Shown here: in pieces, positions 20,827 through 34,801 of the stretch
Layout of the letters: the number at the start of each line of letters is the position of its first letter
How positions within the stretch are numbered: the first letter of the stretch is position 1
Assembly (NCBI RefSeq): GCF_963921235.1
Contig: NC_086097.1
Coordinates: 98,086,001 to 98,150,000, forward strand
Reading direction: 5' to 3'
Origin: Mobula hypostoma
Lineage: Eukaryota
Length of the DNA stretch: 64,000 nucleotides
Notes under the pieces: generated by a model
Told to the model about the DNA's origin: nothing
Database searches by the model: none
The model's input: only the letters and a program-made list of their open reading frames with translations
Translations under genes and position numbers: made by a program

Positions 20827-23800
20827 GGCCCTTGCTAAGGACAGAACGTTCTGCCTCAGAGGGGGAAGGTCAGAGGGGATGGTGAGGACACGGCAAGGGT
20901 TGGGGCTGGGGTCAGAGGAGGGTAAAGATTGGGAGGTCTCAGGAGGCAGAGTGGGGTTGGGATGTTCAGGGAGAGCAGGGTTAGGGGAGAATGAGAGATC
21001 AGAGGAATGGAGGGGGATGAGGGGTAGAAGGAAGGTTGGGAGTCATGGGGAGGATAGAAGGTAGTGGAGGAATAAGACCAGCGGCAGGAACCAGCGGCAG
21101 TAAGAGCAGTCCCGGTCTGGAGAGGGTCAGGACCTCGGTCTGAGCTGGATCTGGAGTTGGGGGTAGTGGAGCCTGTGGCCCGCAGGGCACCTGAACTGAG
21201 GTCTGAGCCAGAAGCGAGTGAGTCCATGGCCTGCCGGGGGCTGCTGCCCATGTCCCAGAGGCCGTGGTTCCAGTTGGGGTCAGAGTAAGAGGCAGATGGG
21301 TCTTCGGCCTGCCGAAGGTCTGAGAAGTCGGGGTCTGAGGAGTCGGGGTCCGGGCTGGAGCCGGTCGTCGTCGTGGGCTCCAGACGGGCGAGCTTGTGGT
21401 CCTTCTTGGACGGGAGGAAGGAGAAACGGTGGTTGGAGGTGTGAATCCAACGGAGAATGAAGTGTAGGAGAGGTCCATGGCAGACGGTGGAGAGTGAGGC
21501 CCGGAGTGGTGGTAGAGAGAGGGACAGGGCCTGTAGTTATTTCCGCATGGCAGTGAGCGTGGCGCGGAGAATCCGGCGGGAGCAGCGGTCAATTAAACAA
21601 AGGTATCTTGGATCGTCGCTGGGCCCGAACTGGGAGACCTGGAACCAGAGCTGGAATCCCTGCGGTACAAGATGGCAGTGGAGACATGTTCCCAGGAAGG
21701 AGACGTGGCTGTGGTAACGGGTCTGGGTCAGGATGTGGTCAAAGAGTCGGAGAGAGGCGGAGATCACAGAGTGAGAGAGAGTCTCACTGAACTCCCATTG
21801 GAGAAAACATTTAAACTTCTTCAGGTTAGGCATACCTCGAAGAAACTTCACAGTGGAGTAGCAAATCAACACATAAAATTCTCTGCAGATACTGGGGTCA
21901 AAGCAACACGCACAACACGCTGGAGAAACTCAGCAGGTCAGGCAGCATCCGTGGAAACGAACAGACAACGTTTCGGGCCGAGACCCTTCGTCAGGTCTGA
22001 AGAGGGAGGGGGCAGGAGCCCTATAAAGAAGGTGGGGGGAGGGTGGGAAGGAGAAGGCTGGTAGGTGCCAGGTGAAAAACCAATAAGGGGAAAGATCAAG
22101 GGGTGGGGTAGGGGAAGCAGGGAGGGGATAGGCAGGAAAGGCAGAGAAGGAAATCAAAACATTGTCTCCCATACCATCACCACCACCCTTATCAACTCCA
22201 GAGACCATCCATCGTCAGCCACAAAACTCATGATTCCCACACCCCGCACTTTTTGGTTTTACCTCCTCCCCAAGATCCACAAGCCTGACTGTCCCGGTAG
22301 ACCCATAGTTTCAGCCGGATCCTGCCCCACCCAACCTGTATCTGCCTTCCTGGCTCCATTTTATCTTCCATAGTTCAGTCCCTCCCCATCTACATCCGGG
22401 ATACATCCCATGCCCTCCACCTCTTCAATGATTTCCAGTTCCCTGATCCCCACCGCTTCATTTTCACTACGGATGTCCAATCCTTATACACTTCCATTCC
22501 CCATCAAGAAGGCCTCAAAGACCTCCGCTACTTTCTGGACAATAGATCTCACCAGTTCCCCACCACCACTACCCTCCTTCGGTTGGCGGAACTGGTACTC
22601 ATACTTAATAACTTCTCTTTTGGCTCTTCCCACTTTCTTCAGGGTGTAGCTATGGGCACTCGCATATGCCTCTTCGTTGGTTATGTGGAACAGACTATGC
22701 TCCAAACTTATATTGGTACTGCTCCCCAACTTTTCCTTCGCTACATTGACGACTACATTGGTGCTGCTTCCTGCACCCATGCTGAGCTCGTCAATTTCTT
22801 CGACTTTGCTTCTAACTTTCACCCTGACCTCAAATTCACTTGGTCCATCTCGGACACTTCTCTCCCCTTTCTCGATCTCGGTCTCCTTCTCTGGAGACAG
22901 ACTGTCCACAGACATCCTCTATAAGCCCACTGACTCTCATAACTACCTCGACTATACCTCTTCCCCTCTTGCCGCATATAAAAATGCTATTCCCTATTCC
23001 CAGTTCCTCCATCTCCACCACATCTGCTCCCAGGATGAGGGGTTCCATTCCAGAACATCTCAAATGTCCTCTTTCCTTAAGGATCATGGTTTCCCTTTTG
23101 CCGTTGTCAATGATGCCCTCACCCGCATCCCCTCCATTTCCCACACTTCGGCCCTCATCCCATCCTCCCGTCACCACAACAGGGACAGAGTTCCCCTTGT
23201 CCTCACCCACCACCCCACCAGCCTCCGGATCCAGCACATTATCCTCTGCAACATCCGCCACCTTCAACAGGACCCCACCACTAAGCACATCTTTCCCTCT
23301 CTACCCCTCTCCGCTTTCTGCAGGGATCGTTCCCGCCGCAACTGCCTGGTCGACACATCCCTCCCCACGGATCTCTCACCCAGCACTTATCCCTGTAAGC
23401 CTAAGTGCTACACCTGATCCTACACCTCCTCTCTTGCCACCATTCAGGGCCCCAAACAGACCTTCCAGGTAAGGCAACACTTCACTTGTGAGTCTGTTGG
23501 GGTCATGTATTGCATCCGGTGCTCCCGGTGCGGCCTCCTCTACATCGGTGAGACCCGATGCAGATTGGGGGACCGCTTTGTTGAGCACCTCCACTCAATC
23601 CACCAGAACAGACAGGATCTCCCGGTTGCCACCCACTTCATTTTCATTTTTAAATCTTTTTTATTAATTACTATTGAAGATCAACAAAAAAATACAGTCA
23701 TCAAGTCAACATGTCAATATGTACAATGAGGAATTAAATTGCCAAATAACTGATTAACAATGCTAAACAATATATCAATAATAATTGCCACCCACTTTAA

Positions 23801-24335
23801 CTTGCTTCACCATCCCATTCAGATATGTCCATACATGGCCTCCTCTGCTGCCATGATGAGGACAAACTCAGGTTGGAGGAGCAACACCTCATATACCGTC
23901 TGGGTAGTCTCCAGCCCCTTGGTATGAACATAGAATTCTCCAACTTCCAGTAATTCCCTCCCCCTCCCTTCCCCTATCCCAGTTTCACTCTGTCCCCTCC
24001 CCCAGCTGCCTATCACCTCCCTCATGGTTCCTCCTCCTTTTATGACCCATTGTGCTTTTCCCTGTTCCTTTTTCACCTTTCCTACCTATCCCCTCCTCTA
24101 CCCCTTGATCTTTCCCCTTTCTGGTTTTTCACCTGGAACCTACCAGCCTTCTCCTTCCCACCCTTCCCCTACCTTCTTTATAGCGCCCCTGCCCCCTCCC
24201 TCTTCAGTCCTGATGAAGGGTCTTGGCCCAAAGCGTTGACTGTTCATTTCTACGGATGCTGCCCGACCTGCTGAGCTCCTCCAGCGTGTTTTGCGTGTTG
24301 CTTTGACCCCAGCATCTGCAGAGAATTTTGTGTTT
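20826..24335. mobile_element. Penelope-like element B (chimera at the duplication junction)
   Basis: Minus arm 20826-~22155 matches element C; plus arm beyond ~22500 matches element A, including shared indels. Confidence 0.88.
21962..21999 (-). ncRNA. Minimal type I hammerhead ribozyme in PLE pseudo-LTR (intact core)
   Basis: Minus strand: cagac CTGACGA a gggt-ctcg-gccc GAAA cgtt gtctg; stem I cagac/gtctg, palindromic AACGTT at stem III. Confidence 0.8.
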
Positions 24336-26029
24336 CCAATGAAGTTACGTTGCCTTTTCATGATCTCATACATTATTTCTCTTTTTGTTCTTGCTCTGTT
24401 CATGACATCCTCGTTAGATATTCGTTTTGTCCATGATATTCTTGGCATCCTCCTCAAAAACCACATCTCTGCTGCTTCAATTCATTTCCTCATGTTACTA
24501 GATATTGTCCAACATTCTCAGCCATATTACAGAACTGGATAAGCGTAATATTTCAGTACTCTGAGGTGAGTTGTCATGCCTAGTTTAGTGTTGGTCAGTA
24601 TACTCTTCATTCTCGTAAAGGTGTCGTTTGCCATCCCTATTCTTCTTTGATGTCCGTGTCGCACCTGCCATCTGATTTCACCCAGATTCCTAAGTAGCAA
24701 AAGCTCTGTACTTGTTTTATGTCTTCCCCATTTATTCTCAGCCTGCAGATAGGATTCTCCTTCTTTTTGGATATCACCATACATTCTGTCTTTTTGCAAT
24801 TGATAGATAGACAACAGTGTGTTTTCTCCCCTGATTTGTTTAATGTGTACAGTGAAACAATAGTACAAAAAATAAGAGACATCTTGGTGGTGAAATCATC
24901 AATAATTTCAGATATGCAGATGACACTGTGTTAAATGCAAATACGGAGGAAGAACTGCAAAATTAATTGATATACTTGTTGAAGAAAGTGCAAAAATGGG
25001 TCTATCTATCAATTGCAAAAAGACAGTATGTACGGTGATATCCAGTAGAACAAGGAATTCCATTATCAGCATTGCCTCAGAGTCATGGTCAAGGGAGAGT
25101 GAGGGGCACTCACAGGAAGCATGGCCACAAAATTACCATGTTGAAATGAAAATGGACACCTCCTCTCCCCCTCCCAACAAGCACCAGTCACTAGAGGCTT
25201 CATTCTTTACTTTCACTATTTGGTGTTGGTTTATTATTGTCTCATGTACTGAGATAGAGTGAAAAGCCTGACTTGCAAACTGTTGATACCGATCAAAACA
25301 TCACACAGTGTAGAGGTAGAACAAGGTACAACAATGACAGAACGCAGAATAAAGTGTAACTGCTCCATTGAGGTGCAGTGCTGGAAAACAATAAGGTGCA
25401 AGATTATAACAATTGACATTGTGAGGTCAACAGTCCATCTTATCACAGTAGAGGAACATTCAACAGAACACAGAACATTACAGCACAATACAGGCCATTC
25501 AGCCCACAATGTTCTGACAGTTTATCCTGATCCAAGATCTATGTAACCCTTCCCTCCTATGTGGCCCTCAGTCTCTCCCTCATCCATGTACCTATCAAGA
25601 GTTTAATTGTTCCTACTGTGTCTGTCCTAAATTCAATGACGGACAGGGTAGAAGCTATCCTCGAGCCTGTTGGAAAGTATTTTTGTGCTTTCCTATCTCC
25701 TGCCCGACGGGAGGGGGGGATAAGACAGAATATGGGAGGGGTCTTTGATTGTGCTGGCTGTTTTACTGAGGCAGTGAGAAATGCAGAAAAGTCCAAGGAG
25801 GAGAGGAAGATTTCTGTGATGTGCTCAGTTCTGTCCGTAACAACCTGCATTTTCCAAAAGTCACATGCTTGATCATGATGAGGTAGATTGTGATGTCATT
25901 ATGATCCAGTAACTGACCACAAGAAACTGCAGGCTGAGTGCAGTTCATCTGAGTGCAGACGGAGAGGCTAGTCTCCTTGAGGTGCTGAGCTGCTTCGTCA
26001 AGATTTTCTTAGAATTACGCACAAAATCT

Positions 26030-27311
26030 ATGGAATTCTGCAAACTAAACAGGCGGGTGGTCCTTGGCCTGTCGATAGGCAGTGCTACCATCATCATTGG
26101 CTGGTGGGCCTACCAGAATTTCGCCAAGAAGCGCCACCAAGCTGTGAAGGCCAAGCACGTAATTGGCACAGCTCAGCCAGTGGATTGCAAAGCGCAGTCC
26201 AAGGTTAGAAGCCAGAATATGGAGGAGGGGAGTATAGAATCAGGAGATGGAGGAAATGAGCAGGAGATCTCATCACAGGGACTGGCAGATCGAAGGCTAA
26301 GTCCCGATCCGGCTCCGGAAGATCGAGGGCCAAGTCTCGAACCGGCTCCGAAAGATCGAGGGCTCAGCCCCGGACCGGCTCCGGAAGATCGAGGGCCAAG
26401 CCCCAGACCGGCTCCGGAAGATCGAGGACTCGGTCCCGCACCGGCTCCGGAAGATCGAGGGCTCGGCCCCGGACCGGCTCCAGAAGATCGAGGGTTCGGC
26501 CCCGGACAGGCTCCGGAAGATCGAGGGCCAAGTCCCAACCCAGCTCCAGAAGTTCGAGGGCCAAGTCCCGGACCGGCTCCGGAAGATCGAGGGCTTTGTC
26601 CCCACCCGGCTGCTAAAGATCGAGGGCTCGGTCCTGACCCGGCTCCGGAAGATCGAGGGCCAAGCCCCAGACCGGCTCCGGAAGATCGAGGTCCAAGTCC
26701 CGACCCAGCTCCGGAAGATCGAGGGCCAAGCCCCAGACCGGCTCCGGAAAACCGAGAGCCAAGACCTGACTCGGGTCCAGAAGATCGAGGGCCAAGTCCC
26801 GACCCGGCTCCGGAAGATCGAGGGCCAAGTCCCGAACCAGCTCTTGGGCATACCCAAATAGAGGTGACTGAACTGGAGCTGAGCCCAGTGGACAAACACT
26901 GGAATCGAGAGGATGAGAGGGAGGAAAATGGACGGGAGGGCAAAGCAACCATCAGAGATCAGCAGGAGCAGAAGGTTGAAGAGAGGCTAGGGGGTGGGTC
27001 GGGTGACTTCACCAATGTGCAAGAGGGCATGAGGAGGGGAATAAAATTGGGCAAGAGAAAGAGATCCCTGGAGGAGTCGGCTGGAGAGAGGAAGCGCATG
27101 AGAAAGTGGCAGACAAAACTCCAAAGGAGACAGCCAAGAGTAGGGCAGAGGATTGGAAGGGGACAACGCAGAGCCTGGAGAAGAGTTCTCAGGTTTAGGG
27201 AACTGGTGCCTGAAGATGGGTCAAAGAAAGTAGGGAAATGGAAAGAGGAATCGTCTGGTCCTGGAGGAAACACAGAAGGCTGGAATCCACAATCTTCTGA
27301 AGTTGATGAAG
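26030..27311 (+). CDS. Exon 1 of anchor-repeat-PH gene, copy 2 (17 repeat units)
   Basis: Near-identical to copy 1 outside the array; ATG 26030, donor GAAG|gtaaaa after 27311; frame intact. Confidence 0.75.
26288..26848 (+). repeat. Coding minisatellite, 33-bp unit x17
   Basis: 17 in-frame units (561 bp), 6 fewer than copy 1. Confidence 0.97.
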
Positions 27312-28397
27312 GTAAAAATAAATGTATAGACACAATTGCTGTATCTTTTTTTATATAAAGGGGGCTGTATTCCAAAGACTTTGGGGCACTGGAATATCCA
27401 AGTTGTAGAAGGCTACTGATCAAATGCTGATTTCTGGGGCTAGTATAGATGACATCATTGAAATGGTGGGTCGAAGGGCCTGTTTCTGTGCAGATCTCTC
27501 GATGACACGTCATGACCTCACAGATCCTTTGTTTACCTGCAGTCTCCCACCCACATTAATTATTTCACTCCCCTTGCCACTGGTACGGCACAGTGGAGAA
27601 GCAGTTAGTGCGACGCTCCACAGGGCCAGTGATCTCCGATCGGGGTGCAGTTCCACTGCTCTCTGTAAGGAGTTTATACATTCTCCCCAAGACACCATGG
27701 AGTTCCTCCAAGTTCAGTCGATTGTGCAGAGGAGATTCACCAGGATGCTGCCTGGGCTAGTTTAATCCATCCTCATGTAGTCTTATGAGGACAGGGTGAG
27801 CACACAAGGGCTTTTCTCTTTGGAGTGAAGGAGGGTGAGAGGGGACTTGAGAGAAGTGTACAAGGTCATAACAAACATAGATTGAGTGGATAGCCAGAGA
27901 TATTTTCCCAGGGAGGGAATGGCAAATAGCAGGGAGTGTACACAGAGAGTGGTGTGTGTGGAGAACCACCCCAGGGGTTGTGGTAGAGGCAGATACATTA
28001 GGTACATTTAAGAAATACCTGGACAGAGCACATGAATGATAGAAAAAGGGAGTGCTCTATCTGGGGAAAGGGTTATATTGATCTTAGAACATGTTAAAAG
28101 TTTGACACAATACTGTGGGCTGAAGGGCCTGTGGTGTGCTCTGGTGTTCTATCCCACTCATTGCAATACCTTCCCCTCTCCTACCCATTAACACCCTTCC
28201 TCTGTCCTCCACTGCTCTCCCCTACCTTCCTAACTCCTGACTATTTACCCCTGCCTCACCAGATCCTCACTCTCCACTTGTCTGTTCCATCACTCCTTCC
28301 CTCCCTTCCACTTCCCCTTCACTACCCACTCTCCGCACCCTCCACTTCCATACTGCCATCTCTCCATCAGATGCGTCCTCTCCGTGTTCCTCCCAAG

Positions 28398-28562
28398 GCC
28401 TCAAGAATGACAACGATATTCAAGTCATGCTCAAGGGTACTCACATGCTGAAGATCAAATCCAGCTCATGGATGAAGTCACGCTACTACAAACTGAATGA
28501 AGACTGCTGGACGGTGAGGTATAATTCCAAAAAGATCCTGAAGTCAGCCAGGAGCCAAATGT
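28398..28562 (+). CDS. PLCD1-like: Exon 2, copy 2: PLC-delta1-like PH domain, N-half
   Basis: Same splice sites and identical peptide to copy 1 (one synonymous AAA/AAG difference seen). Confidence 0.92.
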
Positions 28563-28882
28563 GTGAGTGTTGCTCAAGTCTTGGGAGGGTTGGTGTGACA
28601 GCAAACGTAGTTTTAAAAAGTTTTTAAAAATTGTCTTGGGCACCAACAAGTGCAGGGATTAGTCCTTGATTCCTGGTATGGCACCACACTGAGGCCAGTA
28701 GAGTTACTGCTTCATGGCACCAGTTACCTGGATTCTATCTTTTATTGATTCTAGTTTATTTGGAGATAAGAGTGCAGACAGATCCTTCTGGCCCAAAAGG
28801 CCACACCACCCAGCGGTCCACCTGTTTAATGTCAGACAAATCACAGGACAATTCACCTGCCCTGCTGTGTTCCTCCAGCATT

Positions 28883-28998
28883 GTGTGTGTGTGTGTGTGT
28901 GTGTGAGTGTGTGTGTGTGTGTGTGTGTGTCTGTGTGTGTGAGTGTGTGCGTGAGTCTGTGTGTGTGTGTCTGTGAGTGTCTGTGTGAGTGTCTGTGT

Positions 28999-29045
<47 letters not shown>

Positions 29046-29242
29046 TCTGTGTGTGTGTGTGAGTGTGTGAGTGTGTGTGTGAGTGTGTGTGTCTGTGTGT
29101 GTGAGTGTGTGTGTGTGTGTGTGTCTGTGTGAGTGTCTGTGTGTGTGTGTGTGTGAGTGTGTGTGTGAGTCTGTGTGTGTGTGTCTGTGTGTCTGTGTGA
29201 GTGTCTGTGTGAGTATCTGTGTGAGTAACTGTGTGAGTGTCT

Positions 29243-29292
<50 letters not shown>

Positions 29293-29326
29293 GTCTGTGT
29301 GTGTCTGTGTGTGTCTGTGTGTGTGT
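28883..29326. repeat. Expanded imperfect (GT)n microsatellite, intron 2 of copy 2
   Basis: Seen directly, ~444 bp at the paralogous site. Confidence 0.97.
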
Positions 29327-30224
29327 TTTGCTCAGGAAAACAACTATCCAATTCATTCAGCATTCCACAGAGGGAAGAACTTTCAGACAATATGACCCAT
29401 ATGTTGCAATAAGCTCCTTTCTCTCTCACCTCCTGGTCCATTTCCATTTCTCTGTTCATCCAGGTTTCCCATAAACATGACATGAGTCATATCCATCAAG
29501 CAGGAGCTACAGAAACCTGAAGCCCCACACCTCACAACCCTAATTTCTACAGTTTATCAACACAATGATGCCTTTGCACAAGAGATTCTGCAAATGGTAG
29601 AACAATACACACAAGATGCAGAATGAACTCAGCAGGTCAGGCAGCATCCATAACTGTTCACACACACACACACACACAGGCTGAGACCCGTCTGCAGGAC
29701 TCAGCCTGATGGAGAATATTGGCCTGAAGTGTTGGCTCTTTATTCCTCACCATAGATGCTGCCTGACCTGCAGAGTTCCTCCAGCATTTTAGGGCACCAC
29801 AATAGCAGAGTGGTTCGTGTGATGTTGTTGCTGCTCGGTCAGGGATGGGGGGCAGGGAGTGGGCAGGTAATAATTCAAAGTTCAATACCAGTGCCGTGTG
29901 TAAGGAGTTTGTATATTCTCCCCGTGACCATGTGGGTTTCCTCCTGCAGTTCGAAGAAGGCTGACTGGTCATTGTAAATTTTCCTGTGATTAGGCTGCTG
30001 TTAAATAGGTGGGGTGTTGGGCGATGTGGCTTTTTGGAGAAGAAGGGCCAGTCCCACAGTGTATCTCTGAATAGATGAAGTGCTGTGAATAAATAACTTT
30101 GTGTGTGTGTTACTCTGAATTTCCAGCTTCTGCAGAATCTCTTGTGCTTGTGAATCTGTGACTGAATCTCTTGTTCTGATCTCTGCTGCCGTTTTACTCT
30201 CTCCCCCAACCCGACCCCTTGCAG

Positions 30225-30664
30225 TCTCAATCGACGACATCAAAGAATTAAGACCTGGTCACCAGACGGAGGGAATGCAGCGGTACGCCACCGAGATACC
30301 CACCGACCGCTGTTTTACCATCATATTTAAGGGCACGAGGGAGAACTTGGATCTGGTGGCCTCCGACGCCAGCGAGGCCTGGCATTGGATCCACGGTCTT
30401 GCCAAACTAAAGCAGACAGGCTGCAGAATGAACAACAGAGAGCGGCTGGGCCAGCATCCATCTAGGAGGGTTGTCACGGCAGACCGCCACGGAGAGAGGG
30501 GCCACTTCCCTCATGGTCTCCAACAGCAGCCCCCAAGTCCACCCCTACCCCATGCCGAAGGTCAAAGGCACCTCCCCATGTTAGAAACTTTTGCTGCTTG
30601 TTTCCCCAATGTGACTTACACTTCCCTCAGGCCCTCAGACTCCGTAGATTCCATTAGTTACTAA
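30225..30664 (+). CDS. PLCD1-like: Exon 3, copy 2: PLC-delta1-like PH domain, C-half plus tail
   Basis: Same acceptor; peptide differs from copy 1 at T>A, R>T and one tail residue; same stop. Confidence 0.88.
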
Positions 30665-31314
30665 TGGCTTTTTAGTATTAGTTTAATAGATAGTCAATCC
30701 TTAGGTTTCATAGAAACATAGAAAATAGGTGCAGGAGTAGGCCATTCGGCCCTTCGAGCCTGCACCGCCATTTATTATGATCATGGCTGATCATCCAACT
30801 CAGAACCCAGCCTTCCCTCCATACCCCCTGACCCCTGTAGCCACAAGGGCCATATCTAACTCCCTCTTAAACATAGCCAATGAACTGGCCTCAACAGTTT
30901 GCTGTGGCAGAGAATTCCACAGATTCACCACTCTCTGTGTGAAGAAGTTTTTCCTAATCTCGGTCCTAAAAGGCTTCCCCTCTATCCTCAAACTGTGACC
31001 CCTCGTTCTGGACCTCCCCAACATCGGGAACAATCTTCCCGCATCTAGCCTGTCAAATCCCTTTAGGATCTTATACGTTTCAATAAGATCCCCCCTCAAT
31101 CTTCTAAATTCCAACGAGTACAAGCCCAGTTCATCCAGTCTTTCTTCATATGAAAGACCTGCCATCCCAGGAATCAATCTGGTGAACCTTCTTTGTACTC
31201 CCTCTATGGCAAAGATGTCTTTCCTCAGATTAGGGGACCAAAACTGCACACAATACTCCAGGTGTGGTCTCACCAAGGCCTTGTCCAACTGCCTTGTTTC
31301 AACATGTTATAGGT

Positions 31315-34300
31315 ATTATAGGCTAAACTTAAGTCCTCTGAGAGGAGGACCCCCCACAAAAGCCACAAAGAATCTATGGAAAAGATACCCCCGGGGTGCC
31401 TGAGAGGGGGGGAGGATGAGCACCCCAGTCGGATGGACACAACAACATCAGACCCAGGCAATGAACAAACAACGATGAGGAAGCAGTGTGCATGTGGCAA
31501 AATCTGCAAGAACGATCATGGCTTGAAGATCCACCAAGCGAGGATGAAGTGTTTGGCGGGAGCGGGAGCAGGAGCAGCACAACGCGCAGGTGTCCAACCT
31601 GGTGAGACGAAGGAGGGGCCAGGCCTGGAGTCACCCCATAGTGCCCGGAACCTCCATGTGTTGCAAACTAATCCCTCGAACATGAAGTCTAACAGGAGGT
31701 GGATCAAATGGCCTGCAGCTAACATGACTTCACTGTGGAAGCAGTTTGATGACCATGTTAACCAAATTCTGGAGGCAACAGCAAAGGGGAGGGTTGATAG
31801 GAAGCTGCAAGCCATGACAACAATTATCGTTAGTATCGCAGCTGAACGGTTCAGAGAAGAGGAGAAGGAAGGCTCCAAAACACATTACTCGAAAAACCAA
31901 AGAGCATTGAGGATCCACAACATCAGGCAGGAGGTTAAAGCGCTGAAGTCCCAATACAAGGAGGCAGGAGAAGAGGAGCGCATTGGCTTGGCCCAGCTGA
32001 TGTGCATACTACGAAAGAAGATCAGGGTCCTCCGCCGGGCAGAATGGCATTGGAGGCGGCGTCATGAAAGGGCTCGAAAACGTGCTGCCTTTATCGCCAA
32101 CCCCTTCATGTTCACCAAGGGGTTGCTGGGGGAGAAGCGCAGTGGGAAACTGGCCTGTTCGCAGGAAGACATAGACCAACATCTGAAAAAGATATATAAT
32201 GATCCTGAAAGAGAGCAGGAGTTGGGAGAGTGCAACATCCTAATAGACCCACCAGAACCGGATGTGCAGTTCGACGTGTCAGCGCTGCAACTGAAGGAAG
32301 TCAGAGAGGTCGTCCGCAAAGCAAGGGCAAGCTCGGCTCCAGGACCAAGCAGCACCTCGTACAAAGTGTACAAGAACTGCCCCAAACTCCTGCTGCGTCT
32401 GTGGAAGATCCTGAGAATCTTCTGGAGAAGGGGGAAGATCCCAGAACAGTGGAGAGTGGCTGAAGGGGTGTGGATCCCGAAGGAGGAAAATGCCACCCAG
32501 ATAGATCAGTTTCGCATCATCTCCCTGCTGTGTGTCGAGGCAAAGATCTTCTTCAGTGCAGTTTCCAACCGGTTGTGCACCTGCCTAGCAATGAACACCT
32601 ATATTGATACATCGGTCCAGAAGGGTGGCATTTCAGGGATGCCGGGCTGTCTGGAGCACATCGGTGTGGTGACACAGCTCATCAGGGAGGCCAGAGAGAA
32701 CAAGGGCAACCTGTCAGTGTTGTGGCTGGACCTGGCAAATGCATATGGCTCCACTCCGCACAAGCTGGTGCAGCTCACGCTGACCAAATATCACGTCCCC
32801 AGCAGAATCAGAGACCTTATCGCTGATTATTACAGCAACTTCAGGATGAGAGTCTCTTCAGGAGCAATTACAACAACCTGGCACAAGGTGGAGGTCGGCA
32901 TCATCACAGGGTGCACTATCTCAGTGACACTGTTCTCCCTAGCCATGAACATGCTCACTAAGTCTGCTGAACCAGAGTGCAGAGGGCCCAGAATGAATTC
33001 CGCTCAACGGCAACCACCTATCAGGGCATTGGATGACCTCACAGTCACCACAGAATCAGTCCCAGGCTGCCGGTGGATTCTGCAAGGGTTCGAAAAGCTG
33101 GTGGAGTGGGCCCGGATACGTTTCAAACCTGCCAAATCAAGATCGATGGTGCTGAGGAAAGGGAAGGTGGAGAACAAGTTCCGGTTCAGCATCGCAGGCA
33201 CAGCCATGCCAACCATCACAGAAAAGCCAGTCAAGAGCTTAGGCAAAGTTTTTGACAGCTCTTTAAGGGACACAACATCCATTCAGGCAACCTGCACCGA
33301 GTTGGATGGCTGGCTGAAATCTGTGGACAAGTCTGGCCTACCTGGGAAGTTTAAAGCCTGGGTGTATCAGCATGGCATTCTTCCCAGAATCCTGTGGCCC
33401 CTCCTCGTCTACGCAGTTCCGATCTCGACAGTCGAAACCTTAGAGAGGAGGTTTAGCAACCACCTCAGGAGATGGCTGGGGCTGCAAAAGAGCCTGAGCA
33501 GCATCGCACTCTATGGACACCACAACAAACTGCAACTGCCCTTCAAATCCTTGGAGGAAGAATTCAAGGTAACTGGAGCCAGAGAAGTGCTACAGTATAG
33601 GGACTCAAGTGATCCGAAAGTGGCTAGAGCAGGGATCCAAGTAAGTACTGGCAGGAAGTGGAGGGCAGAGGAGGCTGTTCAAGAGGCAGAGGCGAGGCTG
33701 CGTCACAGGAGGCTGGTGGGAGTGGTCACACAAGGCCGAGCTGGGCTAGGATCTTTTCCAACTCCCCAACTGGACACCAGAGGGAAGGAAAGGCGTCGTC
33801 TAGTTCAGGAGGAGGTGAGAGCAGTAGTGGAGGAGATGAGAGCCTGCAAGGCGATGGGAATGAAGCAACAGGGAGCTTGGACAAGATGGGAGAATGCGGT
33901 TGAGAGGAAAGTGACCTGGGCTGATCTTTGGAAAGGCGAACCACACCACATCCAATTTCTCATCCAGGCACTGTACGATGTGCTTCCAAGCCCATCAAAC
34001 CTGCACACATGGGCAAGGCAGAGTCATCTGCGTGCCCATTGTGCTCCAAGCGAGGAACCCTGGAGCACATCCTCAGCGGCTGTGCAAGAGCACTTGGTGA
34101 GGGACGGTACCGATGGAGGCATGATCAGGTCCTGAAGACCATCACTGAAGCCGTCAGCGCAGGAGTTCAGTGGGCGAAGCGGTCCCTCCAAGCAGACCAT
34201 TGCCATTGTCAGAGCTGCGGAGCAGCCAATACCTGCCAAAAGAACATCTGCAGGCATTCTGACCTCTGCAATGGACTGGCAGCTGAAGATCCCCAACCGT

Positions 34301-34801
34301 ATCGCAGCCACCACCCTGCGACCAGACATTATCCTTGTGTCTGAGTCTACTAAGCAAGTGGTGCTACTGGAGCTGACAGTCCCATGCGAAGATAGCTTGG
34401 AGGAGGCCTTTGAAAGGAAGCTCTCCAAGTACACAGGACTGGTCAGCAATTGCCAGCAGGCTGGATGGAGGGCAAGGTGTCTCCCAGTGGAAGTTGGTTG
34501 TAGGGGATTCATAGCCCATTCTTTAGTTAGAGCCTTCAGCATTTTGAGCATCGAGGGAGAGAGGAAGAGGAGAGCCATCCGCAGTACCACCGATGCGACA
34601 GAGAGGGCCTCAAGATGGCTGTGGCTCAAAAGAGGGGAGCCATGGAGTCATAAGTAGCTAGCCATCTGGACACAAGCTGAGGTCTGATCAGCCCTGGCTG
34701 GGTCACCTGGAGGAGGTTGTATGATGTTGAAAGACCCGAAACACCCGATAATTCCAGGAACATCACTGAAGATGTGTCCAGAAGCATCAATGTACACAGC
34801 A
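31315..34801 (+). mobile_element. Hero-clade retrotransposon, duplicate copy
   Basis: 919-aa ORF 31376-34135 open through the RT; 3-nt deletion in FMDD (reads LDD); -1 and -5 deletions near 34012 and 34185; same flanks. Confidence 0.9.

Larger units (their letters stand above)
7830..22475 (+). repeat. Tandem segmental duplication, unit 1 (~14.65 kb)
   Basis: Same order of PLE right arm, RTE, gene, CR1 stub, Hero, hAT fossil and PLE left arm repeated at offsets of ~14.4-14.8 kb with near-identical sequence. Boundaries approximate. Confidence 0.93.

Noticed and set aside
28704..29483. His/Thr- and Cys/Val-rich ORFs
   Set aside because: Translations of the (GT)n microsatellite.
13960..30664. 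A complete PLCD1 gene
   Set aside because: No EF-hand, X/Y catalytic or C2 exons were recognisable by eye in the window; copy 2 continuing beyond 64 kb cannot be fully excluded.
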